Source of the DNA: an uncultured bacterium
Lineage (GTDB): Bacteria > Pseudomonadota > Gammaproteobacteria > Coxiellales > Coxiellaceae
Length of the DNA stretch: 32,000 nt
Reading direction: 5' to 3'
Assembly: GCA_965651935.1 (NCBI GenBank)
Contig: CBFGTC010000001.1
Span: 9,476 to 41,475 of the forward strand
A program made the translations under genes and the position numbers. The notes beneath the pieces are model-generated. The model was not told the DNA's origin. It was given only the letters and a program-made list of their open reading frames with translations, and ran no database searches. This document shows positions 20,019 to 28,398 of this stretch, piece by piece. Each line of letters opens with the position of its first letter. Within the stretch, counting starts at the first letter, position 1.

Positions 20019-20079
20019 ATTCACCTCTCCCTCACGTGGAAGAGGTGAAAAAAATAAACAACAAGCGATGTTCTTCTAT
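20019..20079 (-). repeat. Copy B (best preserved) of the dispersed hairpin repeat
   Basis: Arms are at 20022-20031 and 20038-20047, with core GGAAGAGGTGAAAAAA at 20038-20053 and distal block GCGATGTTCTTCT at 20065-20077. The stem is 10 continuous bp only in the minus-strand RNA, where one G.U pair forms; the plus-strand RNA has a C.A mismatch there. Confidence 0.6.
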
Positions 20080-20099
20080 TTGAAAAACTTTGAACAGTT

Positions 20100-20561
20100 T
20101 TATGGAATGATTGAGGGGTTAATTATCCAGCGGATCAGCCACTGATGGTATTGTTGTTCCAGACACGCCACTGTTGCCGGAGGGAAATAAAATAAAGGCA
20201 AAGTTTTATCTTTCGTGGTTAAAGTATTGATCAGAAGCGGCATAAAGGGTAAATGGCCCACCAACATGCTATCTTCGGCCCATTGAGCTAGGAGATCAAT
20301 CAGGTCATTGGGGTCCGCTTCGCAATCTAAAATCCGAGGCAAAGATAAAACCTTATCGCATCCTAACGTTTGGGCAAAGATCTCCGCAGTTTGTTGAGCG
20401 CGAGCTTTACCGCTATGGATAATACAAGGAATTTTAATAGTACATTTAGCAAGATGCTGGGCTATTTGCTGGACTTCCTGCCGTCCACGCTCTGACAATG
20501 GACAACGAGAGTCTTGTTCGGCTCGGCAGACCTCACCGTGCCGGACACAATACAATTTCAT
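20100..20561 (-). CDS. sixA: Phosphohistidine phosphatase SixA
   Basis: MKLYCVRHGE.., ..SGKARAQQTAE.., ..VGHLPFM.. 153 aa. TAATG overlap with the upstream repressor gene. Confidence 0.8.
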   Translation of the reverse strand: MKLYCVRHGEVCRAEQDSRCPLSERGRQEVQQIAQHLAKCTIKIPCIIHSGKARAQQTAEIFAQTLGCDKVLSLPRILDCEADPNDLIDLLAQWAEDSMLVGHLPFMPLLINTLTTKDKTLPLFYFPPATVACLEQQYHQWLIRWIINPSIIP

Positions 20562-21208
20562 TATTCTTCGTAATTTAATCTAGCCTGAATTAAGGTACCA
20601 CAGATTTGAGTGTCGTCATTTAAGGGTTCAGCACGCACCCCTTCTAAATCGGGACTTAAACACTTAAGGTAATATTGACGGGCATCCAATAATAATTGGC
20701 GAAATACAGCGCGGCTATGGTCTTTCATTCGTAATAAAACGTAACTGCGGTCTTTATAAGCTCTGGCGGGATCCAATACCAGCACTGTTCCCTTTGGAAA
20801 TTGCGGACTCATGGAAGAGTCTTCCATGATCAAGGCAAAAACATTTTCATTCACGGGTCTAGGCATCAGAATAGGATCGTGGTGCACACGAGTTTTATCC
20901 ACATTATTAGGCCAATGAATTGCCTCTTCCCAACTAATTACTGGGACAGTGGCCATATCTTGACCATGTAAACCCCAAGTATCGTATAAATTCCAAGGGA
21001 GCGCTTCTTCACCTCGAAGTTGTTCTACAGTGATTCCAAAAAATTCGGCCAATGGTATTAAGGAGGACTGATGTGGACTGGGTGAAACTCCTTCAACTAT
21101 TCTATGCACTGTTGGCTGTTTCAATCCCACTCTTCGCGCTAATTCGGTTGTTCTTATGCCACGATGAAACATTAGGCGTTTCAAAATCTGACTAGTGGTT
21201 AATTTCAT
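20561..21208 (-). CDS. cI/LexA-like repressor: XRE-type HTH plus S24 peptidase-like domain
   Basis: HTH region IRTTELARRVGLKQPTVHRIVEG. S24 region ALIMEDSSMSPQFPKGTVLVLD..AVFRQLLLDARQYYLKCLSPD. I prefer the ATG at 21208 (MKLTT..). The track ORF starts at a TTG at 21238. Confidence 0.8.
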   Translation of the reverse strand: MKLTTSQILKRLMFHRGIRTTELARRVGLKQPTVHRIVEGVSPSPHQSSLIPLAEFFGITVEQLRGEEALPWNLYDTWGLHGQDMATVPVISWEEAIHWPNNVDKTRVHHDPILMPRPVNENVFALIMEDSSMSPQFPKGTVLVLDPARAYKDRSYVLLRMKDHSRAVFRQLLLDARQYYLKCLSPDLEGVRAEPLNDDTQICGTLIQARLNYEE

Positions 21209-21264
21209 ATTTTTTCTACACAAGTATATTTTCCACAAACCCCGGTATTGACCCTCTTCTCGAA

Positions 21265-21281
21265 TTGAATTTAATATTCAA
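21265..21281. promoter_or_regulatory. Inverted repeat TTGAAT-N5-ATTCAA in the repressor/LuxR divergent region (candidate operator)
   Basis: The arms are perfect 6-bp matches, extending to 7 of 8. No binding evidence is available. Confidence 0.25.
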
Positions 21282-21353
21282 ATCAAAAAAAGGCACATTA
21301 AGCCAAGGTATCCCCTAGGTGATATTGTATCAATCTTCGTAAAGGATAGCAAG

Positions 21354-21755
21354 ATGTATAAACTTAAGAAGACTTTGAAAGATAAAAACTATTGGCAAAG
21401 GTTGGTTTTGGAAGTGACTGAAGGGAAATCCAAGTCGCCTCACTCACAGAAGCCATCCAAAGGAGTACGCTATGCCACCCAACATCAACGCCGGCATATT
21501 AAATATACATTAGGCGAACCTTTTTCCAGTATTTATTTTACTCAAAGAGAAGCCGAATGCATGATACAAATGCTGAAGGGCAAAACCATGGTTGAGACCG
21601 GCAAAATATTAAATTTATCACCTCGCACAGTTGAATATTATTTAACCAAAATTAAACGTAAACTCAATCGCCGAAAAAAAAGCGAGATTATGCAATTAGT
21701 GGCCGATTCAGAATTTGTTAAAAATTTTGAGCAAGATCCCTACAATCAAAAATAG
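21354..21755 (+). CDS. LuxR/GerE-family HTH regulator with no recognisable sensor domain (LuxR solo)
   Basis: C-terminal FTQREAECMIQMLKGKTMVETGKILNLSPRTVEYYLTKIKRKL. 133 aa. AAAGGA Shine-Dalgarno. Confidence 0.8.
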   Translation: MYKLKKTLKDKNYWQRLVLEVTEGKSKSPHSQKPSKGVRYATQHQRRHIKYTLGEPFSSIYFTQREAECMIQMLKGKTMVETGKILNLSPRTVEYYLTKIKRKLNRRKKSEIMQLVADSEFVKNFEQDPYNQK

Positions 21756-21768
21756 TCGTTTTTCAGCT

Positions 21769-22785
21769 TTAAAACCAGTGACTGCCAAAATAGAAATTCA
21801 ATGAGCCCAATAAAGTACTGACCCTGGCGTTAACACAGGCTTGAGTGGTCCCAACATTATAAACTCGACTGCCGTCGCTAAAATTTGCGCTACCCTCACC
21901 AAGAGGCACGGAGCCAGAAACTGCTTCATCCGCATTCACGGCTGTGATAGTAGAGACGTGGCCGTAGTTGGCGTAATTATATTCAACGCCTAAAGTAATA
22001 AAATTTTTATAAATAAATTGCTCCAACCCTAATCCCAGCAAAAGAGCAATTTTAGTATCTTTATTACTGGAGGATCCACTAAGAGCAGCTTTGGCCTGAT
22101 AAGCCGCCGCCGAAGTAGAATCATTTAAAGAAGAATTACTCGTACCGGTAACGCTATTGCTCACTCGTAGATTAGCCCAAATTGCCCCAACTTTACCGTA
22201 AACCAAAGTTTGAGGCGCAACCAAAAAACCAGGTCTAAACACCACACCATAATCATTGGTTAATTTAACAGAAGTGGCAGTTTGAAAGTTACCACTGACT
22301 GGTACACTAGCACTCACTGCAGTCCCTGAATTGGTGGTAAGCGTCAATTGCGATACATTGTTGAAATTGGCATTGTTAGTGACGCTAGGATTTTGAGAAC
22401 CCCATTCACCAAAGCCTTCAAAACCGGTATACCAACGATGGTCAAATACTTTACCTACTCCGCCATGAACGCCAAAATAGCCATCAAAAGCGTTGCTGTT
22501 GACATTGCCGCTAATCAAATTACCTGCTTGGAAAAAAGTTTGATTGACAGAAACGTTAGTTAAAGGCTCTTCTAAGATAGTAAAGTTTTCGGTAAAAGCG
22601 ACTTCGGTTGGTGTGTCAGTACTGGAAGAACCATTAAAGGCCGCCATATGAAATGCGCCTGTGCCGCCCACATAAAAGCCACTGAAATAATCGGGCGGGA
22701 TTAACATATCGGCACCACCGGCGTTGGCGCCGATCGCAAAAGTCAGACTGAAGCAAAGCGCAGATAAAATTAACGTCTTCTTCAT
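21769..22785 (-). CDS. Outer-membrane beta-barrel protein (porin/OmpA-like barrel family)
   Basis: Signal peptide MKKTLILSALCFSLTFAIGANA. Alternating beta-strand pattern with Ser/Thr/Asn-rich loops. The C-terminus ..LNFYFGSHWF ends in an aromatic residue. Confidence 0.7.
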   Translation of the reverse strand: MKKTLILSALCFSLTFAIGANAGGADMLIPPDYFSGFYVGGTGAFHMAAFNGSSSTDTPTEVAFTENFTILEEPLTNVSVNQTFFQAGNLISGNVNSNAFDGYFGVHGGVGKVFDHRWYTGFEGFGEWGSQNPSVTNNANFNNVSQLTLTTNSGTAVSASVPVSGNFQTATSVKLTNDYGVVFRPGFLVAPQTLVYGKVGAIWANLRVSNSVTGTSNSSLNDSTSAAAYQAKAALSGSSSNKDTKIALLLGLGLEQFIYKNFITLGVEYNYANYGHVSTITAVNADEAVSGSVPLGEGSANFSDGSRVYNVGTTQACVNARVSTLLGSLNFYFGSHWF

Positions 22786-22827
22786 AAAAAAGTCTTCCCT
22801 TTTTTACAGCCTTGAGAGTATAAAATG

Positions 22828-22900
22828 CGTCCCCAAGGGGATTCGAACCCCTGTTATTGCCGTGAAAGGGCAGTGTCCTAGGCCTCTAGACGATGGGGAC
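22828..22900 (-). tRNA. tRNA-Glu (anticodon UUC); CCA not encoded
   Basis: The reverse complement is GTCCCCATCGTCTAGAGGCCTAGGACACTGCCCTTTCACGGCAATAACAGGGGTTCGAATCCCCTTGGGGACG. It folds as a cloverleaf with anticodon loop CTTTCAC. Confidence 0.95.
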
Positions 22901-22904
22901 AACT

Positions 22905-22980
<76 letters not shown>

Positions 22981-22995
22981 GCTCAGAAGTTAGTC

Positions 22996-23024
22996 ATTCT
23001 AGGAGAGCCCAGCATTGAAGTCAA
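22996..23024 (-). promoter_or_regulatory. Putative strong sigma70 promoter for the tRNA-Ala/tRNA-Glu unit
   Basis: On the minus strand: -35 TTGACT (23024-23019), 17-nt spacer, -10 TAGAAT (23001-22996). An A/T-rich UP-like tract (AAAAAATTTAAAAAAACA) lies upstream. Confidence 0.5.
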
Positions 23025-23040
23025 TGTTTTTTTAAATTTT

Positions 23041-23069
23041 TTGACTTTGCATCAAAGTTAGGTGAAAAT
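23041..23069 (+). promoter_or_regulatory. Possible proS promoter
   Basis: -35 TTGACT (23041-23046), 17-nt spacer, -10 GAAAAT (23064-23069). This would place the transcription start at or next to the ATG at 23076. Alternatively AGGTGA (23060-23065) serves as the Shine-Dalgarno for a transcript starting further upstream. Confidence 0.25.
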
Positions 23070-23075
23070 TTCAAC

Positions 23076-24569
23076 ATGAAATATCAAAAAGCAATTTCCC
23101 CTACTCGTCAAGAAGATTATCCACAATGGTATCAGCAGGTTATTAAAGCAGCTGATTTGGCCGAAAACTCACCGGTGCGCGGTTGCATGGTCATTAAACC
23201 TTGGGGATATGCACTTTGGGAACAAATGCAGTCCTATTTGGACAAAAAATTTAAAGAAACCGGCCATAGCAATGTTTATTTCCCTTTATTGATTCCATTG
23301 CGGTATTTACAACAAGAAGCTCAACATATTGAAGGCTTTGCCAAAGAATGCGCCGTGGTAACCCATCATCGGTTAGAGACATCCGCTTCAGGGCAATTAG
23401 AACCCGCTGGCGAACTGGAAGAACCTTATATTATCCGTCCCACTAGCGAGACTTCTTTTGGTGTTCAATATGCCAAGTGGATTAAATCGTATCGTGACTT
23501 ACCCATGAAGTTAAATCAGTGGGCTAACGTGATGCGCTGGGAAATGCGCACTCGCTTGTTCCTGCGCACTTCAGAATTTTTATGGCAGGAAGGACATACC
23601 GTCCACGCCACCGCCGAAGACGCCCAAGCTGAAACTCAGCAAATGTTAAATGTCTATGCTGAATTTTTAGAAAATGTTTTAGCGATACCGGTGATCCGCG
23701 GCGAAAAAACCGCACGCGAACGATTTCCTGGCGCTATCAATACCTACACGGTTGAAGCCATGATGCAGGATTGCAAAGCGTTACAAGCCGGCACTTCACA
23801 TTTTCTAGGACAAAATTTTTCGAAATCTTTTAACATTCAATTCACCGATCGCAATGAACAATTGCAACATGCTTGGACTACTTCGTGGGGGGCTTCCACC
23901 CGCATGATTGGTGGATTGATTATGACTCATGGCGACGATGACGGTTTAGTTTTACCGCCTAGAATTGCCGCTTTGCACGTGGTCATTTTACCCATTATTA
24001 GAAAAGAACAAGATACCGCCGTGGTGATGGAGTATTGCGAAAAATTACAAAAAGAAATTCGCAGTTTAAATTTTTGTCAGGAACCCGTTCTGGTTGATAT
24101 TGATTCTTCGGACATCCCGGGCGGAGAAAAATATTGGCGTCATGTCAAACGTGGCGTTCCAATCCGTTTAGAAATCGGACCACGGGATATTGCCTCCGAC
24201 AGCCTATTCATTTCTTTACGCAATCAAATTCATCAAAAATTTAGCTTGCCACGTCAACAATTTCTTACAGACCTGCCTGTTATGCTCCAAAAAATGCAAG
24301 ACACTCTCTATCAAAATGCGCTTAATTTTCAAAAAACCCATAGCCATGAGTTTACTGACCTTAATGCGTTTAAAGATTTCTTTAGCGATGATAATCCCGG
24401 CGGCTTTGCTTATGTTTTTTCGAGTGATGATGGATCTATTGACGCATTACTTAAAGAATACAAAATTTCAGCGCGATGCATTCCTTTAAATACCTTTGAA
24501 GAACGGGGCAAGTGTATCTTTACTCAAAAAGCCAATGCTAAAAAAACGATCTACGCGAAGGCTTATTAG
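23076..24569 (+). CDS. proS: Prolyl-tRNA synthetase, archaeal/eukaryote-like type (no INS editing domain)
   Basis: ..DYPQWYQQVIKAADLAENSPVRGCMVIKPWGYALWE.., ..IRPTSET.., ..MRWEMRTRLFLRTSEFLWQEGHT.., ..ALQAGTSHFLGQNF.., ..MTHGDDDGLVLPP.., C-terminal ..IYAKAY. It is colinear with the Thermus-type ProRS as I recall it. 497 aa. Confidence 0.93.
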   Translation: MKYQKAISPTRQEDYPQWYQQVIKAADLAENSPVRGCMVIKPWGYALWEQMQSYLDKKFKETGHSNVYFPLLIPLRYLQQEAQHIEGFAKECAVVTHHRLETSASGQLEPAGELEEPYIIRPTSETSFGVQYAKWIKSYRDLPMKLNQWANVMRWEMRTRLFLRTSEFLWQEGHTVHATAEDAQAETQQMLNVYAEFLENVLAIPVIRGEKTARERFPGAINTYTVEAMMQDCKALQAGTSHFLGQNFSKSFNIQFTDRNEQLQHAWTTSWGASTRMIGGLIMTHGDDDGLVLPPRIAALHVVILPIIRKEQDTAVVMEYCEKLQKEIRSLNFCQEPVLVDIDSSDIPGGEKYWRHVKRGVPIRLEIGPRDIASDSLFISLRNQIHQKFSLPRQQFLTDLPVMLQKMQDTLYQNALNFQKTHSHEFTDLNAFKDFFSDDNPGGFAYVFSSDDGSIDALLKEYKISARCIPLNTFEERGKCIFTQKANAKKTIYAKAY

Positions 24570-24694
24570 TAGATTTTTATACACGCGATAGCGATTCTAT
24601 TCAAAGTCTTTTAAATAGACAAACACCACCTAGGCTTATTAATTTAAATTCTTTATCGACTACGCCATTGACTGACTTCAATTTTTTTGCCAAA

Positions 24695-24741
24695 TACCCT
24701 CACGAGGTGAAAAAATGGACAATGGGTTGCTGATGCAGGAT
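24695..24741 (-). repeat. Copy C (truncated) of the dispersed repeat
   Basis: ACCCTCACGAGGTGAAAAAA (core GAGGTGAAAAAA at 24704-24715) matches copy B with 6-8 nt (around TGGAAG) deleted. It ends 2 nt from the stop of the minus-strand MFS gene. Confidence 0.45.
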
Positions 24742-24742
24742 A

Positions 24743-26011
24743 TTATTCCGCTTCGTAAGAAAGAACATCGGAGTTATAGGTTTTTTTTAAAGTCAAAACC
24801 ACAATTAAACCCAAAGCACTCATGGTCATTAAGTAATATGCCGGAGCAAAAGCATTAATTTTATCGGTTAAAATACCGACAATTAAAGGCGCAGTCCCAC
24901 CAAAAATAGCATTTCCTAAATTATACGCAAACGCCACGCCACTATAGCGAAAAGGTAAAGGACAATTTTCGAGCGAGACCAATAAAGTCGTGCCTTGTTC
25001 TAACGAGCTGAGCACTGCGGCGATGCTCAATCCCGCAAAAATAAAAATTAATAATTGATGCTGTAACCAATAAAAACACGGTAAGGCAAATAATATGATG
25101 CCGCTGGCGGTCAAAGATAAAATTCTTTTACGCCCGAATCGATCACCCAACATCCCCATCCAGGGTAATAACAAAATCATCCCCAGCAAAAATAAAACCT
25201 GACAGACCAGCGCAAAGACTAAAGACACCCCAAAATATTGCTGCAGATAATTGGGCATATAAGCGAAACAAATGTAATAAAATGCAGAGCCCATCGCCGT
25301 TAACCCTAATATTTGCAGCAAACACCATGGCGCTTGACGAAAAGCCGTTAATAACGGCGCTTTCGCCACCTCATTATGACTTTTCAAATATTGGAACACG
25401 GTTGTTTCGATTAAATTTAATCGAGAATATAAAATAAAAAATCCCAAACAACCGCTGAGCATGAACGGTAGGCGCCAACCCCAAGCTTGTACTGCCTCAG
25501 GAGGACAAATGGTATTTAAGAGAATCGCCAGCAAAGTGGCCAATAAAAATCCAACGTTGGCGCCTACCGCTGCGAAACTGGTGAAAAATCCACGACGCTG
25601 ACGTGGAGAAGATTCCGCGATATACACCATAATGCCGCTATACTCTCCACCAATTGACAAACCCTGTAGCATACGGAATAGCGTAAATAATAACGGACCC
25701 CAAATCCCAATGCGATAATATGACGGTATTAACCCCATACTTAACGTAGCAAATGACATAATTAAAATCGAATAAATAAGGGTTTTAGCACGGCCAATTG
25801 AATCGCCCAGATGGCCAAAAATAATGCTGCCTAGAGGACGGCAAATAAAACCGGCTGCAAATATGCTAAACACAATTAAAATTGAAATAGGCTGTGTTTC
25901 ATTCGGAAAAAATGTTTTACCAATAAACGGCGAGAGATAAATATACGATCCCGTGTCAAACCACTCTAAGATATTTCCAAAGGCGGTTGCCGCTAACTGT
26001 TTGGGCTTCAT
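24743..26011 (-). CDS. MFS transporter, metabolite:H+ symporter (ProP-like) family
   Basis: N-terminal ..FGNILEWFDTGSYIY.. and ..GHLGDSIGR.. 422 aa. 4-nt overlap with gltX. Confidence 0.85.
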   Translation of the reverse strand: MKPKQLAATAFGNILEWFDTGSYIYLSPFIGKTFFPNETQPISILIVFSIFAAGFICRPLGSIIFGHLGDSIGRAKTLIYSILIMSFATLSMGLIPSYYRIGIWGPLLFTLFRMLQGLSIGGEYSGIMVYIAESSPRQRRGFFTSFAAVGANVGFLLATLLAILLNTICPPEAVQAWGWRLPFMLSGCLGFFILYSRLNLIETTVFQYLKSHNEVAKAPLLTAFRQAPWCLLQILGLTAMGSAFYYICFAYMPNYLQQYFGVSLVFALVCQVLFLLGMILLLPWMGMLGDRFGRKRILSLTASGIILFALPCFYWLQHQLLIFIFAGLSIAAVLSSLEQGTTLLVSLENCPLPFRYSGVAFAYNLGNAIFGGTAPLIVGILTDKINAFAPAYYLMTMSALGLIVVLTLKKTYNSDVLSYEAE

Positions 26012-27393
26012 GCCTTTAAAACTTGGGCGAGACGTTCTAGCACTTTTTCACGGCCTAGATAATACAAAGTGGCGTCAATGGGAGGCGATATGGTATCCCC
26101 CGTGACCGCGACTCGTAAAGGTTGCGCGATTCTCCCTAAATTTAATGATTTTTTTTCAGCCAAGCCTTTGATGGCTTGATGGATTTGCGCCATATCCCAC
26201 TGCGGTAAATTACGCAAGACTTCGTGCAATTCTTTAAGCACTGGAATAATTTCCTGAGTCAAATGTTTTTCCAAGGCGCTAGGATTATATTGAACGTTTT
26301 GAAAGAAATATCGAGAATTTTCCGCGATTTCTTCTAGAGTTTTGGCACGTTCCGCATACAGATTCAAAATATCAGTTAAATTGGGCCCATGAGCAAAATC
26401 AATTTTTCGTTTATGGAGCTGTTGCGACAAAGCCGGAGCGATAAGAGTTTTATCTAATGTTTTTAAATAGTGTTGGTTTAACCAAGCTAACTTCTCCGGG
26501 TTAAATGCGGCAGGAGCTTTTTGTAAACTGCGAACATCAAAAAGCTTAATCATTTCCTCACGTGAAAAAATTTCTTGGTCTTGGTAAGACCAGCCTAATC
26601 GCACCAAATAATTGAGCAAGGCTTGCGGCAAATAACCCGCTTCCCGGTATTCTAAAACACCGGCAGCGCCATGACGTTTTGATAGACGTTTCCCATCACT
26701 ACCCAATATAGTCGGGACATGGCCGTATTGCGGTATTGTGACACCCAAAGCCTCTAAAATATTAATCTGGCGAGGAGTATTATTGATATGATCATCGCCG
26801 CGGATAACATGAGAAATTTTCATGTCCGCATCGTCTACCACCACGACAAAATTATAAGTGGGAGACCCATCACTGCGCGCCAAGATCAAATCATCCAGTT
26901 CGGCATTACTGACAACAATTTTACCTCGCACCATATCTTCGAAGGTGACTGAACCCATTTGTGGATTGCGAAATCGGATAACATAAGCTTCATTACGATT
27001 TTCTTCTAAATCTCGGCAGTGGCCATCGTATCGGGGCTTCAGCCCGGCAGCCGTTTGCTGTTCGCGCAAGGCTTCTAAGCGTTCTTTGCTGCAATAGCAG
27101 CGATACGCTTTTTTGGCTGCTAACAATTGTTGCAGTATTTGATGATAACGATCAGAGCGATGGGATTGATAAATAGGTCCTTCATCGTAATCCAGCTCCA
27201 GCCACCGCATCGCTTCAATAATGACTTCAGCGGATTCTTGAGTAGAGCGCGCTAGGTCGGTATCCTCAATCCGTAGGATAAACGTGCCTTGATTTTTCCT
27301 GGCAAATAACCAAGCAAATAAAGCGGTGCGCGCACCACCGACATGTAAATCTCCGGTAGGACTGGGTGCAAAGCGTGTTCTTACTCCAACCAT
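26008..27393 (-). CDS. gltX: Glutamyl-tRNA synthetase
   Basis: RFAPSPTGDLHVGGARTA (HIGH region) and KLSKRHG (KMSKS region). 461 aa. Confidence 0.95.
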   Translation of the reverse strand: MVGVRTRFAPSPTGDLHVGGARTALFAWLFARKNQGTFILRIEDTDLARSTQESAEVIIEAMRWLELDYDEGPIYQSHRSDRYHQILQQLLAAKKAYRCYCSKERLEALREQQTAAGLKPRYDGHCRDLEENRNEAYVIRFRNPQMGSVTFEDMVRGKIVVSNAELDDLILARSDGSPTYNFVVVVDDADMKISHVIRGDDHINNTPRQINILEALGVTIPQYGHVPTILGSDGKRLSKRHGAAGVLEYREAGYLPQALLNYLVRLGWSYQDQEIFSREEMIKLFDVRSLQKAPAAFNPEKLAWLNQHYLKTLDKTLIAPALSQQLHKRKIDFAHGPNLTDILNLYAERAKTLEEIAENSRYFFQNVQYNPSALEKHLTQEIIPVLKELHEVLRNLPQWDMAQIHQAIKGLAEKKSLNLGRIAQPLRVAVTGDTISPPIDATLYYLGREKVLERLAQVLKA

Positions 27394-28262
27394 ATACGTA
27401 AAACCCCATGCTCAGTTTGATTCGGCGCCAACCAACGAACTCCTTCTCCCTTGTTTAACGCATTCGGGAATCCCATCCACGGTTCGATACAAATAAAGGC
27501 TTGGTCTGCCGGCGAATATATTTGTACATAAGAAAACAAGTTTTCGTCTTCCACTCCTTCAGCCATCATATGGATAACGTCGCCATCCGGGTATCGTAAA
27601 GAAAGCGCGTGGTTTTCTCCTAATTGAGACAATTGCTCATGGATACGGGGATCTGTAGCCGATGCCGGCAATGCTAATAATTCCTGCTCGCCAATAATAT
27701 CCGTTAAGCTTTCATTATAGAGCAAATGGCGGGCCGCTTGAAAGTTAATGATAACCTGGTTTTTGCCATTCTGGGGAGGTGGAGTCGAAAAATAGGGATG
27801 AAACCCGGCATAATAGGGCATCGGCCTATCACCGTGATTGGTGTAAAGCTGCCGGCAAATCAGTGTTCGCCGAGAGACTTCATACCATAATTCGACATTA
27901 AAATGAAAAGGATACATTGCCCAAGTTTTTTCATCATCGCGCAAAGCCAAACACAAATGGTTGTTACTTGCACTTTTCACTTGCCATGACGAATGGGAGG
28001 CAAACCCATGGATAGGCAATTCATAAATATGGCCATCATAACAATAGCGATTAAGTTGTCCTTGATACTCTAACCTGCCACACACCGGAAAGCAGAACGG
28101 CCAAGGTAAAAGCTCGGTTGATTGAAAGAGTAATTCACGCGGGCCTGTTTTGCCGGGCATGATAATAGAGGTCACCGCCCCTCCCCTATCGGGATTAAAC
28201 GCAACGCGGGTCAAACTGTCTTGGGAAGCGATAGTATAAATTTCCATGGAATGCTCCAACAT
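27381..28262 (-). CDS. Aldose 1-epimerase family protein
   Basis: ..LPIHGFASHSSW.. and ..YAGFHPYF.. motifs of the aldose epimerase fold. 293 aa. It overlaps the gltX start by 13 nt. Confidence 0.7.
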   Translation of the reverse strand: MLEHSMEIYTIASQDSLTRVAFNPDRGGAVTSIIMPGKTGPRELLFQSTELLPWPFCFPVCGRLEYQGQLNRYCYDGHIYELPIHGFASHSSWQVKSASNNHLCLALRDDEKTWAMYPFHFNVELWYEVSRRTLICRQLYTNHGDRPMPYYAGFHPYFSTPPPQNGKNQVIINFQAARHLLYNESLTDIIGEQELLALPASATDPRIHEQLSQLGENHALSLRYPDGDVIHMMAEGVEDENLFSYVQIYSPADQAFICIEPWMGFPNALNKGEGVRWLAPNQTEHGVLRIWLE

Positions 28263-28362
28263 CGATTTATTAATATTCTATCCTTTAGCACTGCAAAGTT
28301 CAAAATACGCTTAATCTCAATTGATATACTGGCTTTACAAAACCCATTGCTCAAGATGATTA

Positions 28363-28390
28363 ATGACAATTTTTATAAAACCGATATAAT
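28363..28390 (+). promoter_or_regulatory. Possible tamA promoter
   Basis: -35 ATGACA (28363-28368), 16-nt spacer, -10 TATAAT (28385-28390). The -10 ends only 8 nt before the ATG at 28399, and no Shine-Dalgarno is visible. Confidence 0.25.
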
Positions 28391-28398
28391 TGACGCTA

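Noticed and set aside
24716-24871. 51-codon plus-strand ORF starting at ATG 24716, 5 nt after the GAGGTGA of repeat copy C (looks like SD + start)
   Set aside because: It runs antisense through the 3' end of the ProP-like MFS gene and has no recognisable features. The equivalent SD-like cores in copies A and B are not followed by a start codon at a functional distance.
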